NCBI RefSeq assembly: GCF_021028975.2
Contig: NC_059434.1
Coordinates: forward strand, 44,888,001 to 44,920,765
From: Sphaerodactylus townsendi
Lineage: Eukaryota
Length of the DNA: 32,765 nt
Direction of reading: 5' to 3'
Shown here in pieces: positions 21,659 to 32,765 of this stretch (position 1 is its first letter; every line of letters starts with the position of its first letter). Below the pieces are notes generated by a model. That model saw nothing but the letters and a program-made list of their open reading frames with translations, did not search any database and had not been told where the DNA came from. The position numbers and the translations under genes are program-made.

Positions 21659-21709
21659 ATGTTTCAGATGAGATTCTTCTGTGTACTGCTGTGCTTCAGC
21701 ATCACCTGG
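21659..21709 (+). CDS. FGA: FGA exon 1 (signal peptide [17 protein letters not shown])
   Basis: ATG at 21659, phase-0 donor GTATGA at 21710; resembles the MFSMRI.. signal of alpha chains. Confidence 0.9.
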
Positions 21710-24700
21710 GTATGAGTTAAATTTATCTGCTTGTTCTCTGTTTTTCTTGTCATTTGCAGTGTTTCTGTTCCTTCAACCGCTTGCAAACTTGAGGCTGCAT
21801 ACTTGTGCTAAAATCAGCCTTAATGCAAGCACATAGCAGAAATATGAAATGGGTATGTTCTTTTCACCTTCAGATGTTTGGATCAAGGATTCTTGATTCC
21901 TGAGGAATCTAGAAACAAATCTGTGCTTCTAAGATACAAGAGCATAATTACTTACCTTTTTTTTGTATGTATACAAAAAGACCAGTGCTACCAATTTAAC
22001 CATGAACGATCGATTACATACAGCATCGGCCCATAAGGAGAAAATTGTTTTCTGTTCTTTCTCACAAGATGCAGTTCACTGATAACCCAAATGAGTACAG
22101 CATGTTAATAGCCAGATGGATGTTATCTGCACATGGATCTTTCTCGCTGGATTGGGGCAACATATAAACTTCTTTTTATGATTGATTGATTGAAAATATT
22201 TATATTCTGAACAAATTTTATTTTAATCCTATTGAACTTGAATTCAATTTTTCACACAAAATTGAAAAATATCCTTTGAGTACTCTGTGAAATTACATTT
22301 TGGGGAGAGGCAAAATTGGTGTAGCCATGATTTTTGTTTAGTTTTTTTAAAAATTACGAAGTTTATAGTTTCATTGCAAGAAAAATGCATTATTATGCAT
22401 TATAAAGATTAAAAATACAGCAACAATTAAAAATCTAGCAATAGATTTATGTTTTTAGTGAAGCAAAAAATCCCAGTAATGGTTAATCAAAGATGAATTT
22501 CCTTTAAATTCAGGCTTTTCCCTAACTTCTTTAAACTAAGAAGTTAACTGGATGGAATTTGCATATATTACATCTTCCAACTTTGTTTAATCCAACACCA
22601 TTTATAGAGGGAATATCATTTGCTAGAAAGATAGAAGATAGCTATAAATGGATCCCCAAAATACAGTAAGTTCAGAAGTACAATAAGCTTAGAAGTTTAT
22701 CTGACCTAAAAACATTTAAAAACCACTGGACTACTAGACAAACAGCAGATTTAATGTTAGTATATAACCTGAAGATACTTAATGATTTAGGACATAGGAA
22801 ATAAAATTAACCTGTTGAAAACTGTCCCCCAGCACCTGGCTGAAAAGTTACTGACTTATTCTAATACCAGACAAGCGAAAGGTGTGCTTGACTTCACTGG
22901 GTTTTCATGAAAGTTCTTGCCACCCTTGCAAATTGCCATGGATTTTAAGGATCACACCAGAAATCAGATTACAGCATATGGTTCTATTGTCTTGCAAAAT
23001 TACAGTATGGGCACGATCAAAGTTAAACCTCCTTAACCTCCTTAGTTTTATTAGGAAGTTAACCCTGATTTTAGATTGCTAGGGTTGTACCAGAGGTGGG
23101 ATCCAACCAGTTCTCTAGAAGTGGTTACTAATTTTTTCTGAGTGCCGAGAAGGGGTTACTAAAGCAACTTCCCTGCTCAATTGGAACTGGAGGTACATGT
23201 GTGCGGTAGCACCACTGTTTGAATCCCACCACCATCGGAACCTGTTATTAAAATTTTTGGATCCCACCACTGGTTGTACCCTATCTTTTAAAGTTCCCTT
23301 CCTACTCCTTACCAACATTTCTTCATAAACAAAGGCAATTAAATGGTGATGTATTCATTATTTAATGTTATAATAATCTAGTCAGATTCATTTTTAAACT
23401 CATGAAAGGATTTCTTAAGATTAAGCAAAGAACCAGTAACAATTTTATTTGTGTTTGATTTAAATGTTCTGGTGAAACTATGCAAACAGAAACTAGTTAT
23501 CACGTGCAGCTGATAACCTTATTTTATGTATGGGTTAGATCCAGCCAGCTTTTGCACTTAATCTTGCCCAATTGTTCTCTTCAATACAGCCTCTATATCA
23601 TGAGACTTTTCTCCATGTAAGTTGCTTAATACCTATTATAGCCTTTTTAGTGGTCAAAGGGGATTCCTGCATTCTTCGGTGATGGGAAAGCTGGCTGAAT
23701 CCAGCCCTATAAGTATTCTATACTGACAGGTATTTTTAATTTTTAACTCAAGAAATTATTACTATGAGATGAATCAGTGTACCTTTTACTGTTATCTCTT
23801 CACTGTTATCACAGGCAGCAGAGGGTGAAAGCACCTTTGAAGGGCAAGGAGGAGGAGTGCGTGGCCCAAGAATAGTGGAGCATAAAACTCAGTCTGACTG
23901 CAAACAAGACAAGAACTGGCCAATATGTTCTGATGAGGATTGGGTAAGCTAATGGAAAACAGCAGTGCCTGATCCAAACAAAGTTTTTTATCATCTCAAG
24001 ACAATACCAAGGTTACGGTGCAGTCCACATGGATGATACAAATATAGTATGGCAACTCATCAGCTGTTACAAAGAATACCATTGAATTTCTAAATTACTG
24101 GGATAAAAAATTAATATGTGTCATGTATCAAAAGATGATCATGCGTTTGATTAATGAACATCTACTGATAGTCAGTTAACACTGCAATCTTATGCACACT
24201 TCAGGAGAATAAGTGCCATTAAATTCAATAGGATATACTTCCAAGTAGACATTCATAGGACTGAACTATACAACTTTCAGCTGCAAAAAACCCAAGGAAA
24301 TAATTGATAGATTTTTTAAAAAGAAAAGAGTCATGGATTAGTTAACAGATACACTGGCTTGGTTCCACAGAGAGAAGGGATTCCTGTCCATAGAGTGTGC
24401 CTATCTCGCTCTCCATCCTTTTGTAGCCCCAAATGCCCCCGTAATTCTGCCTGCTAGGGGCATGGAAACTCCAGGATCACCATGAGAGGGAAATCAGATG
24501 TCTGCAGTTGGTGGGGGAGTGGGGGAAGGAATCAAGAGGCAAATGGTTAACAGAAACATAAGGTAGCTGAATCAGAGCTGGCAAAGAAACCAGGGAAAGT
24601 TCCATCACTTAAACATAACAATATATGGAACTGTAAGGAACCATGGTTGCATGAAGCCTTTAATACACTGAGTCAAATCTTAATTTGCTGTATTAAAAGC

Positions 24701-27700
24701 TGCCAATCAAATGATATGGTGGACATTTCATCTAAACTTTACTCCTCCTTTCTTTCAGGGCTCTAAATGTCCTTCAGGATGCAGAATGCAAGGGCTAATA
24801 GATGAAACGGATCAAGACTTTAGTGACAGAATAAATAAACTTCGGAAACTGCTCTCAGAAAACCAAAACAGCTACAAGAAAGCTGTTATTGTGAAGCAGG
24901 ACACTGTTGACATTCTGGGCCAAAATCTGCTAAATGAGCATGGTAAGTGTCACCCTCATAATTGTGTTGACATCTGACAGCTAACAGTCACTAGTCAAAA
25001 AGAGTTGGTTGTTTTGTCCATTGAGATCAATTTGCCTTAATTGTTCTCTGCCTGATTCTTCAGGATGAAAGTGGTATGCTGTGGGATTGCTCAAGGAACA
25101 CAATGATGACCTCTGAAAATATATCCTGAATGTGCTAGAATATTAGGTTTTTCTTTAATAATAACATAAGATTCATAGTATTTAAACCTGTTCAGTTCTA
25201 GGTGATATTGGTTGTATTATGGGTTGCATTATTTCTTCTTCTTTTTTAAGGCTCCATCTTTTCCTCCCATTCTTAAATATTAGTTTCAAAAATACTCAAC
25301 ACAATTCTTTGCTTATAATTACTTTCTTGTGCCACTGTTCAGAGCAAATGAAGATCTAACAAAGGCTGCTTCCACCTGGGAATTTTTCCAAGCAGGGAGG
25401 TAGTCTCTGCAGAAAGAGGCCCTATCAAGGCATGACTCATCTGGCTCCCCTTCCCCCCTTTACTATGGAGAAAATGTCAACATCATTTTCTCCAAAGTAA
25501 AGGTGAAAATGGGAGATCTTGGAAGCTAAGCAGAGGCACTACTTGAAAGAGAGGCCACCAAGGAAGACTCTGCAGAAGGAGGCAATGGCAAACCACCTTT
25601 GCTTGATCAGCAGTGATCAGGAGCAGCAGTGGCGTAGGAGGTTAAGAGCTCATGTATCTAATCTGGAGGAACGGGGTTTGATTCCCAGCTCTGTCGCCTG
25701 AGCTGTGGAGGCTTATCTGGGGAATTCAGATTATCCTGTACACTCCCACACATGCCATCTGAGTGACCTTGGGCTAGTCACAGCTTCTCGGAGCTCTCTC
25801 AGCCCCACCTACCTCACAGGGTGTTTGTTGTGAGGGGGGAAGGGCAAGGAGATTGTCAGCCCCTTTGAGTCTCCTGCAGGAGAGAAAGGGGGGATATAAA
25901 TCCAAACTCTTCTTCTTCTTCTTCATTTGCCTTGAAAGCCCCTTGCTGGGTTTGTCATAAGTCAGCTGTGACTTAACGGCACTTTAGAGACACGCACAAA
26001 CGTAACAGTGCAATGTGGCTGTGGGTGGAATGTTCATTTGGACCTTTCCACGGTGGGAGGCAGCTGGCTGAAGACTTGCAGTCCTTTTAAAAGGCTTTTT
26101 GGGGGTTGCCCTTGGGCCAGACACAGACTCTCGCTTAACTTAACTCACAGAATTGTGAAATAGAGGAGAGGAAAATGATATCATTTGCTTTGGGTCTCCA
26201 TTGGGGAGAAAGCCAGGGTTTCTAGATTTACCAAAGACCAATATTTTTATATTATTTTTATTTTAAAATGTTCTTTCAACAGCATTTATATGTTTGAATT
26301 CTGAATTAGCAATTTAAGTTGCACTGTTAAACAGCTCGGCTTACCAACCTCAGAGGGGGACTGAAAGTTTCACAGAATGACGACTAACCTCTAGATTTCA
26401 TAGATCAATTCCCCCAGAGGAAATGGCAGCTTTTGTGGACAGACTGTATGGCATCACATTGCAGCTGAGCATCCTCCCCATCCCAAACCCCATTCTGTCC
26501 CAAATCTGGAAGATTTCTCTAAGCCAGAGTTAGTCATCTTATAAAGAACTATGAAGAGGAAATCTATCATAACAATAATGACTTCTTTTGGTCTAGATAG
26601 AGACAATAGCTATGGACTGTTATCTGATGATCTGAGGAGAAGACTTGTGATACTGAAGCAGAAAGTTGTTACCCAATTGGCCAGAATTAGAGCACTTCAA
26701 AACAGTATCAAAAATCAAGTTACAGAGATAAATCGTTTAGAGGTAAGTTGAGTAGTATTTTTATTTTATTATCACTTTCAAATTTTATTTATAGAGGCAG
26801 GATCTGTTGCTTATCGTCTTGGTTGATTAGTTACTTAGTTGAGAAGACATGAAACACAAGTTAAGAGTTTTTTGTTCTGCTGGAACAGTTTCAGAATCAC
26901 ACAGTGTGCACAATTATATTTACCAGTTTATCAAGCTTGGAACCCATTTTCCTGTCATGGATTGGCTTAATTCACTGATAGTGGAAATTATAATTTTGTT
27001 GAAGATGCTAAGAGTTATTTGGAACACACACACACAGCCCCACCACAACCACTTTTTAGTCCCTCTTTATCTTGTTTTGTGCTGTTGAAAGATTATTCCT
27101 TGGCAAATCACTGGAAGCAGAACTGAAGCTGGAATTCCACGCAGTACTTAATAGATCTTTATTTCCACATGAAAATTTAACAATGTGGGAATGTTCCTTC
27201 TATATATTGACATAGAAATAAATCCCATTCAGCAAAGTTTCCACTACTCCTTTTAGTTTTTCTTTTGTTCGTTGATTTACACCCTAATTTATAATTGATT
27301 TACAATTAATTACAATTACGGTAAGCTTCATTTAAAATTAATTTCTTTCCATATTCAGCTGGCCCAAGCATTCAGAAATCAGTTGTTAATAATCAGTTCT
27401 TGTTCAGGTCCAGAGCAGAAATTAAGTACTGTACTGTTTTTCACTTTGAAAGGAAAGCTTGCTCATTTTTCACTTATTTTTATTATACATTTGTAACTGT
27501 ATTATTATGATCATACATACTTTTTAAAGGATAAGTAGGTTTGCCTGCAAAGTGAAAAGCAGTATTAATTCTCCCAAACAGAAACTGGCAACTACCCTGA
27601 AAATAAGACATAGTAGAGGTTTTGCTGAAGTGCTAAATATAAAGCATCCCCCGAATGTAAGACGTAGCAAAGTTTTTGTTTGGAAGCATGCCTGTCGACC

Positions 27701-30202
27701 AGAGCATGCAGCTGTGGAGCGGAAAAATAAGACATCCCCTGAAAATAAGACATAGCGCATCTTTGGGAGCAAAAATTAATATAAGACACTGTTTTATTTT
27801 CGGGAAAACAGGGTAACAATTCATTCATATCAATGAGAAGGTACCAGCATCATTGTTTGAGTGGACTATTAATTAATCATGATAATTTCAGGCTAAGTGA
27901 CCTGCCAAGAAACAACCCAGAATTTCCATGACTGGGGCATTTAAACCAGAGTGGAACTAGATTATATTTAAAATGTACATGTCTACTTAATCAATGTGTA
28001 CCCTGCCTCCCTCCCAAAGTTCATGATGAACTTCCAGTGTATATAGTGGCCTCAACTCTCAGTGTGTACAGTAGCCTCAATAAAGCCAGTGGAATGAGTC
28101 CATCGTAAATACTCTAATAATTCCATATAAAGTGTGGTTAAGAAGAACACTGCTTTAAGAGCTTTGCAGATCAAATTGCAGTCACTTAATTTTTACCCTA
28201 TCCATCTCTACTTAGGTGGACATTGATATTAAGGTACGTGCCTGCCATGGATCTTGTGCTCGAAGCGTTGAGTATCATGTGAATACAGAGAGCTATGATA
28301 ACATAAGGAAGCAACTTGTACAATCTAGTACCCTCGACTTTCAACCAGAATTTCAAAGTAATCCCCTGAGGGTCCTGAAAATGAGACCACTGAAAGACTC
28401 TACTGTTCCTGATCATTACAAATCTCTTCTCCTATCAGAAGAAGACACAAAAACACTTAATAAATTAAATGTGTATGAAGCAGTATTAGAAGGCCCAGGA
28501 TCACCATCTGGAGGTTCAGCCGTAGTCACCAAGCATGTGACCTCAGAAGCAAGTTCAAATCGACAGCCACATACCACCAAGATAGTCACTCCTGGTTATC
28601 TGGAAGGGCTACCTGAAGAAGCAGGAGGCACCATCAACATCAAAGTGAGCTCTACTGGTGGTGGAAGTGGTTTCTCTGATCTTGCCCATTTGCCAGAAGT
28701 AAAAGAGTTTTTTACCCCAGGTGATAGTAGCAAACTCCATGGAACAGGAACCAGCACCCACATTGTGCATATTGAAGGACATGACACTTTCTCTGACCTA
28801 GGAGAGGGAGAAGATGATGATTTCAGAGGGATTCACCTCTTGCCTGAATCCCATTCTAAAACAAGTGCCACTTCATCACATACTAGAACAGTTATAACCA
28901 GAACCAGTAGCTTGAACAAAGGGGGCTCCACTTTTGAAACCAAATCACTAAAAATTTCTTCACCATTTGAGGAGACACATGATTTGCAACATGATGAGAA
29001 TGAAGAGGATACACCTGATTTTCGGGCACGCAGCTTGGGAACAGGCAGAGTGAAGATGGGGGAAAGCTACATCGGGACAGGTATCCATCACTGAAAATAA
29101 CTATTGAGGGAGCAGGAGTGAGTTCAGTTTGCAACCAAACTGACACACTGGCTATACCATTACCTCAATCTATTTCATAGTCTAAAAAAAATACAATAAT
29201 GTGTCTGTTCCCATTTAGGAAAGATGGGAAAAATTATTTCTTACTGTTAATAACTGGATAGCAAGGCAGTTGCATAGAGAATGTAATAAAATAAAATGTC
29301 ACCTGGAATTAAAATGTGCATGTAAACAATCATTTCAGAAAAGCAAGTTTCAAGGTTTCTTTCCAGTGTAGCCCAAAATTAAATGTATCAGGTTACCTTC
29401 AGAATTATTACTGTTTGGATTCCTGTGAGCTTTTTTAAAAAAATAAAGCTTAACTGAAAACTTCTATCAACTAGATCAACTTTTTTTTTTAGACTGTGAG
29501 GATATCCAGCAAAAACACACTTCTGGTGCCAAAAGTGGCATTTTCAGAATCAAGCCAGCAGGATCCACTAAGGTTATTTCAGTTTATTGCGATCAAGAGA
29601 CCAGTTTGGGAGGATGGCTTCTGGTCCAACAGAGATTTGATGGGTCATTGAATTTTAACCGGACCTGGGAAGACTACAAGAAAGGTTTCGGCAGCGTGGA
29701 TGGCAAAGGGAATGGAGAGCTCTGGTTGGGCAATGAAAATCTCCATATACTGACCCAGAAGGACACTGTCCTTCGAGTGGAAGTAGAAGACTGGGAGGGC
29801 AATGAAGCTTATGCAGAATACTACATGCGTATAGGCTCTGAACTGGAAGGTTATAGCCTCAGTGTTTCCGATTATGAAGGCACAGCTGGAGATGCTCTGA
29901 TCATAGGCTCAGAGGAAGATGGCAGTGAATACACAGCTCATACCAACATGAGGTTCAGTACCTTTGACAGAGACAGTGATGAGTGGGAGGAAAACTGTGC
30001 CGAAGTGTACGGAGGAGGGTGGTGGTACAACAATTGCCAAGCTGCTAACCTTAATGGAATTTACTACTCAGGAGGTCAATATGACCCAAGGAACAACATT
30101 CCCTATGAGATTGAAAATGGTGTGGTGTGGGTCCCCTTCAAACCTTCAGATTACTCTCTCAAGGTTGCTAGAATGAAAATTAGGCCTGTAGAGACAGACT
30201 AG
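21659..30202 (+). CDS. FGA: Fibrinogen alpha chain. A-alpha: join(21659..21709,23815..23943,24759..24942,26597..26742,28216..29094), 462 aa. alpha-E: exon 5 ends at 29080 and joins 29493..30202, 694 aa
   Basis: Signal [17 protein letters not shown], fibrinopeptide A ...FEGQGGGVR|[22 protein letters not shown], alphaC region and the alpha-E FReD domain; all junctions GT-AG and in frame. Confidence 0.98.
23091..23272 (+). mobile_element. hAT-like MITE in FGA intron 1
   Basis: TIRs CAGAGGTGGGATCCAA / TTGGATCCCACCACTG; flanking direct repeat GTTGTAC on both sides. Confidence 0.85.
23532..23707. mobile_element. Old Harbinger-like MITE
   Basis: Inverted ends GGGTTAGATCCAGCCAGCTTT / AAAGCTGGCTGAATCCAGCCC, flanked by TAT on both sides. 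Confidence 0.7.
23815..23943 (+). CDS. FGA: FGA exon 2 ([43 protein letters not shown]): fibrinopeptide A and A-knob
   Basis: 129 nt, thrombin site R|GPR, acceptor ACAG, donor GTAAGC. Confidence 0.97.
24183..24267. repeat. Short degenerate palindromic interspersed repeat (old MITE)
   Basis: TGCAATCTTATGCACACTT...AAGTAGACATTCATAGGACTGAA imperfect hairpin; similar remnants near 6240-6300 and 7100-7160. Confidence 0.5.
24759..24942 (+). CDS. FGA: FGA exon 3 ([21 protein letters not shown]...NLLNEH)
   Basis: 184 nt, CPSGC ring, acceptor TTTCAG, donor GTAAGT. Confidence 0.97.
25551..25998 (+). mobile_element. Sauria-SINE/BovB-like 3' fragment split by a younger SINE insertion
   Basis: GGCAATGGCAAACCACC before, and TTGCCTTGAAAGCCCC...GTCATAAGTCAG...GACTTAACGGCAC after, the inserted SINE. 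Confidence 0.65.
25620..25924 (+). mobile_element. tRNA-derived squamate SINE (Squam3-like, gecko type) with (TTC)n tail
   Basis: TGGCGTAGGAGG A box, GGGTTTGATTCCC B box, body homologous to the 8092 copy. Confidence 0.85.
26339..26542. mobile_element. Degenerate hAT-like MITE remnant
   Basis: GCTTACCAACCTC...AGAGTTAGTCATCTTA resembles decayed TAGGGTTGCCA-type termini; no target duplication visible. Confidence 0.4.
26597..26742 (+). CDS. FGA: FGA exon 4 ([17 protein letters not shown]...EINRLE)
   Basis: 146 nt coiled coil, acceptor CTAG, donor GTAAGT. Confidence 0.96.
27595..27813. mobile_element. Tc1/mariner-pogo-like MITE
   Basis: TA on both flanks, CCCTG...CAGGG ends, internal repeats of CCTGAAAATAAGACATAG; left TIR partly deleted. 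Confidence 0.75.
28216..29094 (+). CDS. FGA: FGA exon 5 ([14 protein letters not shown]...alphaC region...SYIGT|GIHH*); internal donor after 29080 used for alpha-E
   Basis: Acceptor CTTAG at 28211-28215, 292-codon [16 protein letters not shown] and EDTPDF motifs of sauropsid alphaC, ACAG|GTATCC donor. Confidence 0.97.
   Translation: MDIDIKVRACHGSCARSVEYHVNTESYDNIRKQLVQSSTLDFQPEFQSNPLRVLKMRPLKDSTVPDHYKSLLLSEEDTKTLNKLNVYEAVLEGPGSPSGGSAVVTKHVTSEASSNRQPHTTKIVTPGYLEGLPEEAGGTINIKVSSTGGGSGFSDLAHLPEVKEFFTPGDSSKLHGTGTSTHIVHIEGHDTFSDLGEGEDDDFRGIHLLPESHSKTSATSSHTRTVITRTSSLNKGGSTFETKSLKISSPFEETHDLQHDENEEDTPDFRARSLGTGRVKMGESYIGTGIHH
29285..29295 (+). terminator. Overlapping AATAAA polyadenylation signals for the short A-alpha mRNA (inside intron 5)
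   Basis: AATAAAATAAA about 190 nt after the TGA at 29094 and before the exon 6 acceptor. Confidence 0.75.
29493..30202 (+). CDS. FGA: FGA exon 6, alpha-E C-terminal FReD globular domain ([16 protein letters not shown]...MKIRPVETD*)
   Basis: (T)10-AG acceptor, phase matches the 29080 donor, intact 236-aa domain with NRT sequon and [14 protein letters not shown] motif. Confidence 0.97.
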
Positions 30203-30299
30203 AAAGAAAAGGGAAAACTAAACTTGCAAATTATATACCTCAAAGTTACACTGTATTTTTTTATCCAAGCAACTGAATGCAAATGAGACAGATCTGCAT

Positions 30300-30309
30300 A
30301 TTAAATAAA
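30300..30309 (+). terminator. Polyadenylation signal for the alpha-E mRNA
   Basis: Overlapping ATTAAA and AATAAA about 100 nt after the stop, followed by a GT-rich tract (TTGGTGGTGTGGTT). Confidence 0.7.
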
Positions 30310-32666
30310 ACAAAATGTTTCACTCTTGAAAGCATTGGTGGTGTGGTTAATTTATTTACAACCAGTACTGCTAACAAATATTTTGCAAAGTGTGGTGGGC
30401 AGGGTGTTCATAGTTAAAACAGTGCATCAGTTGATACCCATTGAAACCAATGGGATTGTCTGAGCAAAAAAAACTTCTGTAGATTGAATCCAGTGACACC
30501 CTTCTACTAAGTTTGAAGTCTCCTTTGTCCCTGTAAAGGCAGCTGGTTTAGGCAAATAAGCTGTGGTTAACCTTTCTATAGAGCTAGTCTGCTAAATCTG
30601 TTTAGAAAACATGACTAGTAGAGCAATTTGATTGGCCTAACAGTGCTACCACTGTTGTTAATTGTCCTCTTATCCTTTGTTTTGAATTCACACCATGGAA
30701 GATATACGTAGAACATGGGCCAGGGATAATCCTGGTTGTCTGAAGAGTTTGTGCTCACTCTTTACCTAACCCTGCTGTGAGGCCACATTATAGAAATAAG
30801 GGAGGTGCCAGTGATGATTGTGGCAATGCTACCTTGTGTAGCTCCAAGCAGTATAGCCTTCAGGGAACTTGGACGAGAACTGGAAAGGAGAAGCAGTGAG
30901 GTGGCTGGATGAAGTGGAAGATTCCTCGTGGCAGAGAACTGGAAAGCAGTAGAAGGTTAGGGGAGACTGGTGAAGTTATAGCACTGAGGAGCAATTTGGG
31001 GCTAGTGCAAAGGTAATGATGTGGCAGGACAAGTGGTGTGTACAAGTCACCTCTAATCCTAAGAGCAGCATGCCACATATTCATATTGGCAGGAATTATG
31101 ATCCTTTTTCATTGGATCCTACAAAGTTTGCCATGGGCTATACATGTTGACGAGAACACAGGAGTCAGGTGTAACAAACACTTAATTTTATTAACTTAAT
31201 AAGTGTGACAGATCATACAAACTTCCAGAGCTGAGATGTGCTCTAAGCTTATTGGGCACCAAGTATGTGTGTGAAAAGTCATATGCTTGGAAGCAATAAC
31301 CAGACAATCTTTAACATTTCCCTGTTCTATGTAGGAACAGCATCCAAACCTTGCCTCTCTAAATAATTATTTAAAGTCCCTGCTGAACATCCCACCTATG
31401 ACTGAGAATCCATGTTTCTCTGTTCCTAACATGATCCTTTAGCCATTGCATCATGCTGGATCAAAACACAGGTCTACTGCAAACCATGATACAGAAAGAT
31501 GTAGTCTACCTTTGGCATGAGATGCACTTGTTAATACCAAACATCTATGTGATCCATTCAGTCAAAACATTTATTAAGTTTCAATATTCATAGAGGGAAA
31601 CTATACCTAACATAAAAAAAAATCATGTGTACACAGATTCTAATTCTCTACCAGTTCAAAATATTGTGGCTTTCTCCCTGGCAATTGCTGTCTTGAGAAA
31701 ATATTCCTTGGCATCTTCCTTGATTAATTAGAGTGCCTTCCTTTCTTTGGATTATTAGCAAGTCAACTTTCCAGATTTATTTCTAGCTACAGTTTCTTAA
31801 ACAGATTTCTCACTTTCCATCCTCTTAGGAGAATTATGTGTCAAACAAGACAATACTGGCCTTTAAGTACTCTTAATATTGTTATGCACCAGTAACATAC
31901 AGAGCTTATATATGCAAGTGTATGTCAATTGGTTGCTTTTACAATTTTCAGTTTGGATAATTATTCATAAATTCCCAAAGATGTATATCAAGCATAAAGA
32001 TGTACATCAAGCACTCCTAATCCTAAAAACAGCATGCCACATATTGGCAGGAATCGTGATCCCTTTTCTGCTGTGATCTCTGGTTAAGAATTAAGGAACC
32101 TGGTGTACTAAAAGAAATCCACTTTGCCTCACATTCACATGCCAGACGCGTTTCTGGGCTGAACTCCCGGTGGAAGCTAACTAAAGTTGGCATCACCCCC
32201 AGGAATGCCCCTAGCCCACCTCCAGCTGTGCTGGCATCCAGTTTTGGCTGGTGTGGCTTTGCAGGCAGCAGGCTCTGAAGGGGTGGGCGTGCCTAGCTGT
32301 GTGATGCCTGCCTGCCACCCTGTTTGTCTTCCTTGCTGGTGTAAGTGCCAGTCACACTGGCAGGGTGGGCAAATGCGTTGGTGCAGCCTCACGTCAGTTT
32401 CAAGAGCCACTTTGCCCCTCCCTCCTGGACTGGGCTTCCCAAGGCAGAAAAGTTTCTCTAACGTCATGAATCCTAGATCTCAGTGGCTAATCAGTGCTTC
32501 CACAGTAAAGCCTTGAAAACTGGCGACTGCTGAATTTCTAACAGGGTGCTTGAAGGAATCTCTTGCTACACCTAAGTTTTGCCTGTTGTTGCGGCTCGGC
32601 TCCCATTTTGTGGAATGGTCTTCCATGATGAGTTGCAAAATGCTCCCTCACTTCTATCATTTAAAC

Positions 32667-32765
32667 CAGGGGTCTTCAAACTATGGCCCCCCAGATGTTC
32701 ATGGACTACAATTCCCATCAGCCCCTGCCAGCATGTCCAAGTGGCAGGGCTGATGGGAATTGTAG
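32667..32765. mobile_element. hAT-like MITE, truncated by the window end
   Basis: Starts CAGGGGTCTTCAAACT; internal palindrome CTACAATTCCCATCAGCCC...GGGCTGATGGGAATTGTAG. Confidence 0.8.

Noticed and set aside
29606-30202. 198-aa ORF as an independent fibrinogen-like gene
   Set aside because: It starts at TTG within FGA exon 6 and splices in phase to the exon 5 donor, so it is the alpha-E domain.
30310-32765. Expected FGB 3' exons on the minus strand
   Set aside because: No fibrinogen-beta-like peptide is visible in this interval; FGB presumably lies beyond the window.
1-32765. Prokaryote-type systems (CRISPR arrays, operons, defence islands)
   Set aside because: The sequence is intron-containing vertebrate DNA; no regularly spaced repeat-spacer array or dense ORF cluster is present.

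Overview
Vertebrate genomic DNA, almost certainly a squamate and probably a gecko (inferred from the SINE and MITE complement). It contains two complete, intact + strand genes of the fibrinogen cluster. FGG (gamma chain) has 9 coding exons over 3598-13135 and encodes a 435-aa precursor. FGA (alpha chain) has exons 1-5 giving a 462-aa A-alpha and an alternatively spliced exon 6 giving a 694-aa alpha-E, over 21659-30202. All exons have GT-AG boundaries and join in frame. Introns and intergenic DNA hold many non-autonomous DNA transposons (hAT-, Harbinger- and Tc1/pogo-like MITEs), tRNA-derived SINEs, a solo LTR with a nested CR1 3' end, a degenerate Penelope-type fragment, a 3'-truncated 7SK retrocopy and a near-perfect 94-bp-arm palindrome. 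I see no new multi-gene system. The most unusual points are in the fibrinogen chains: the A-alpha alphaC region has no cysteine at all, and the gamma chain lacks the mammalian last intron and ends in RGDI, while A-alpha has no RGD.
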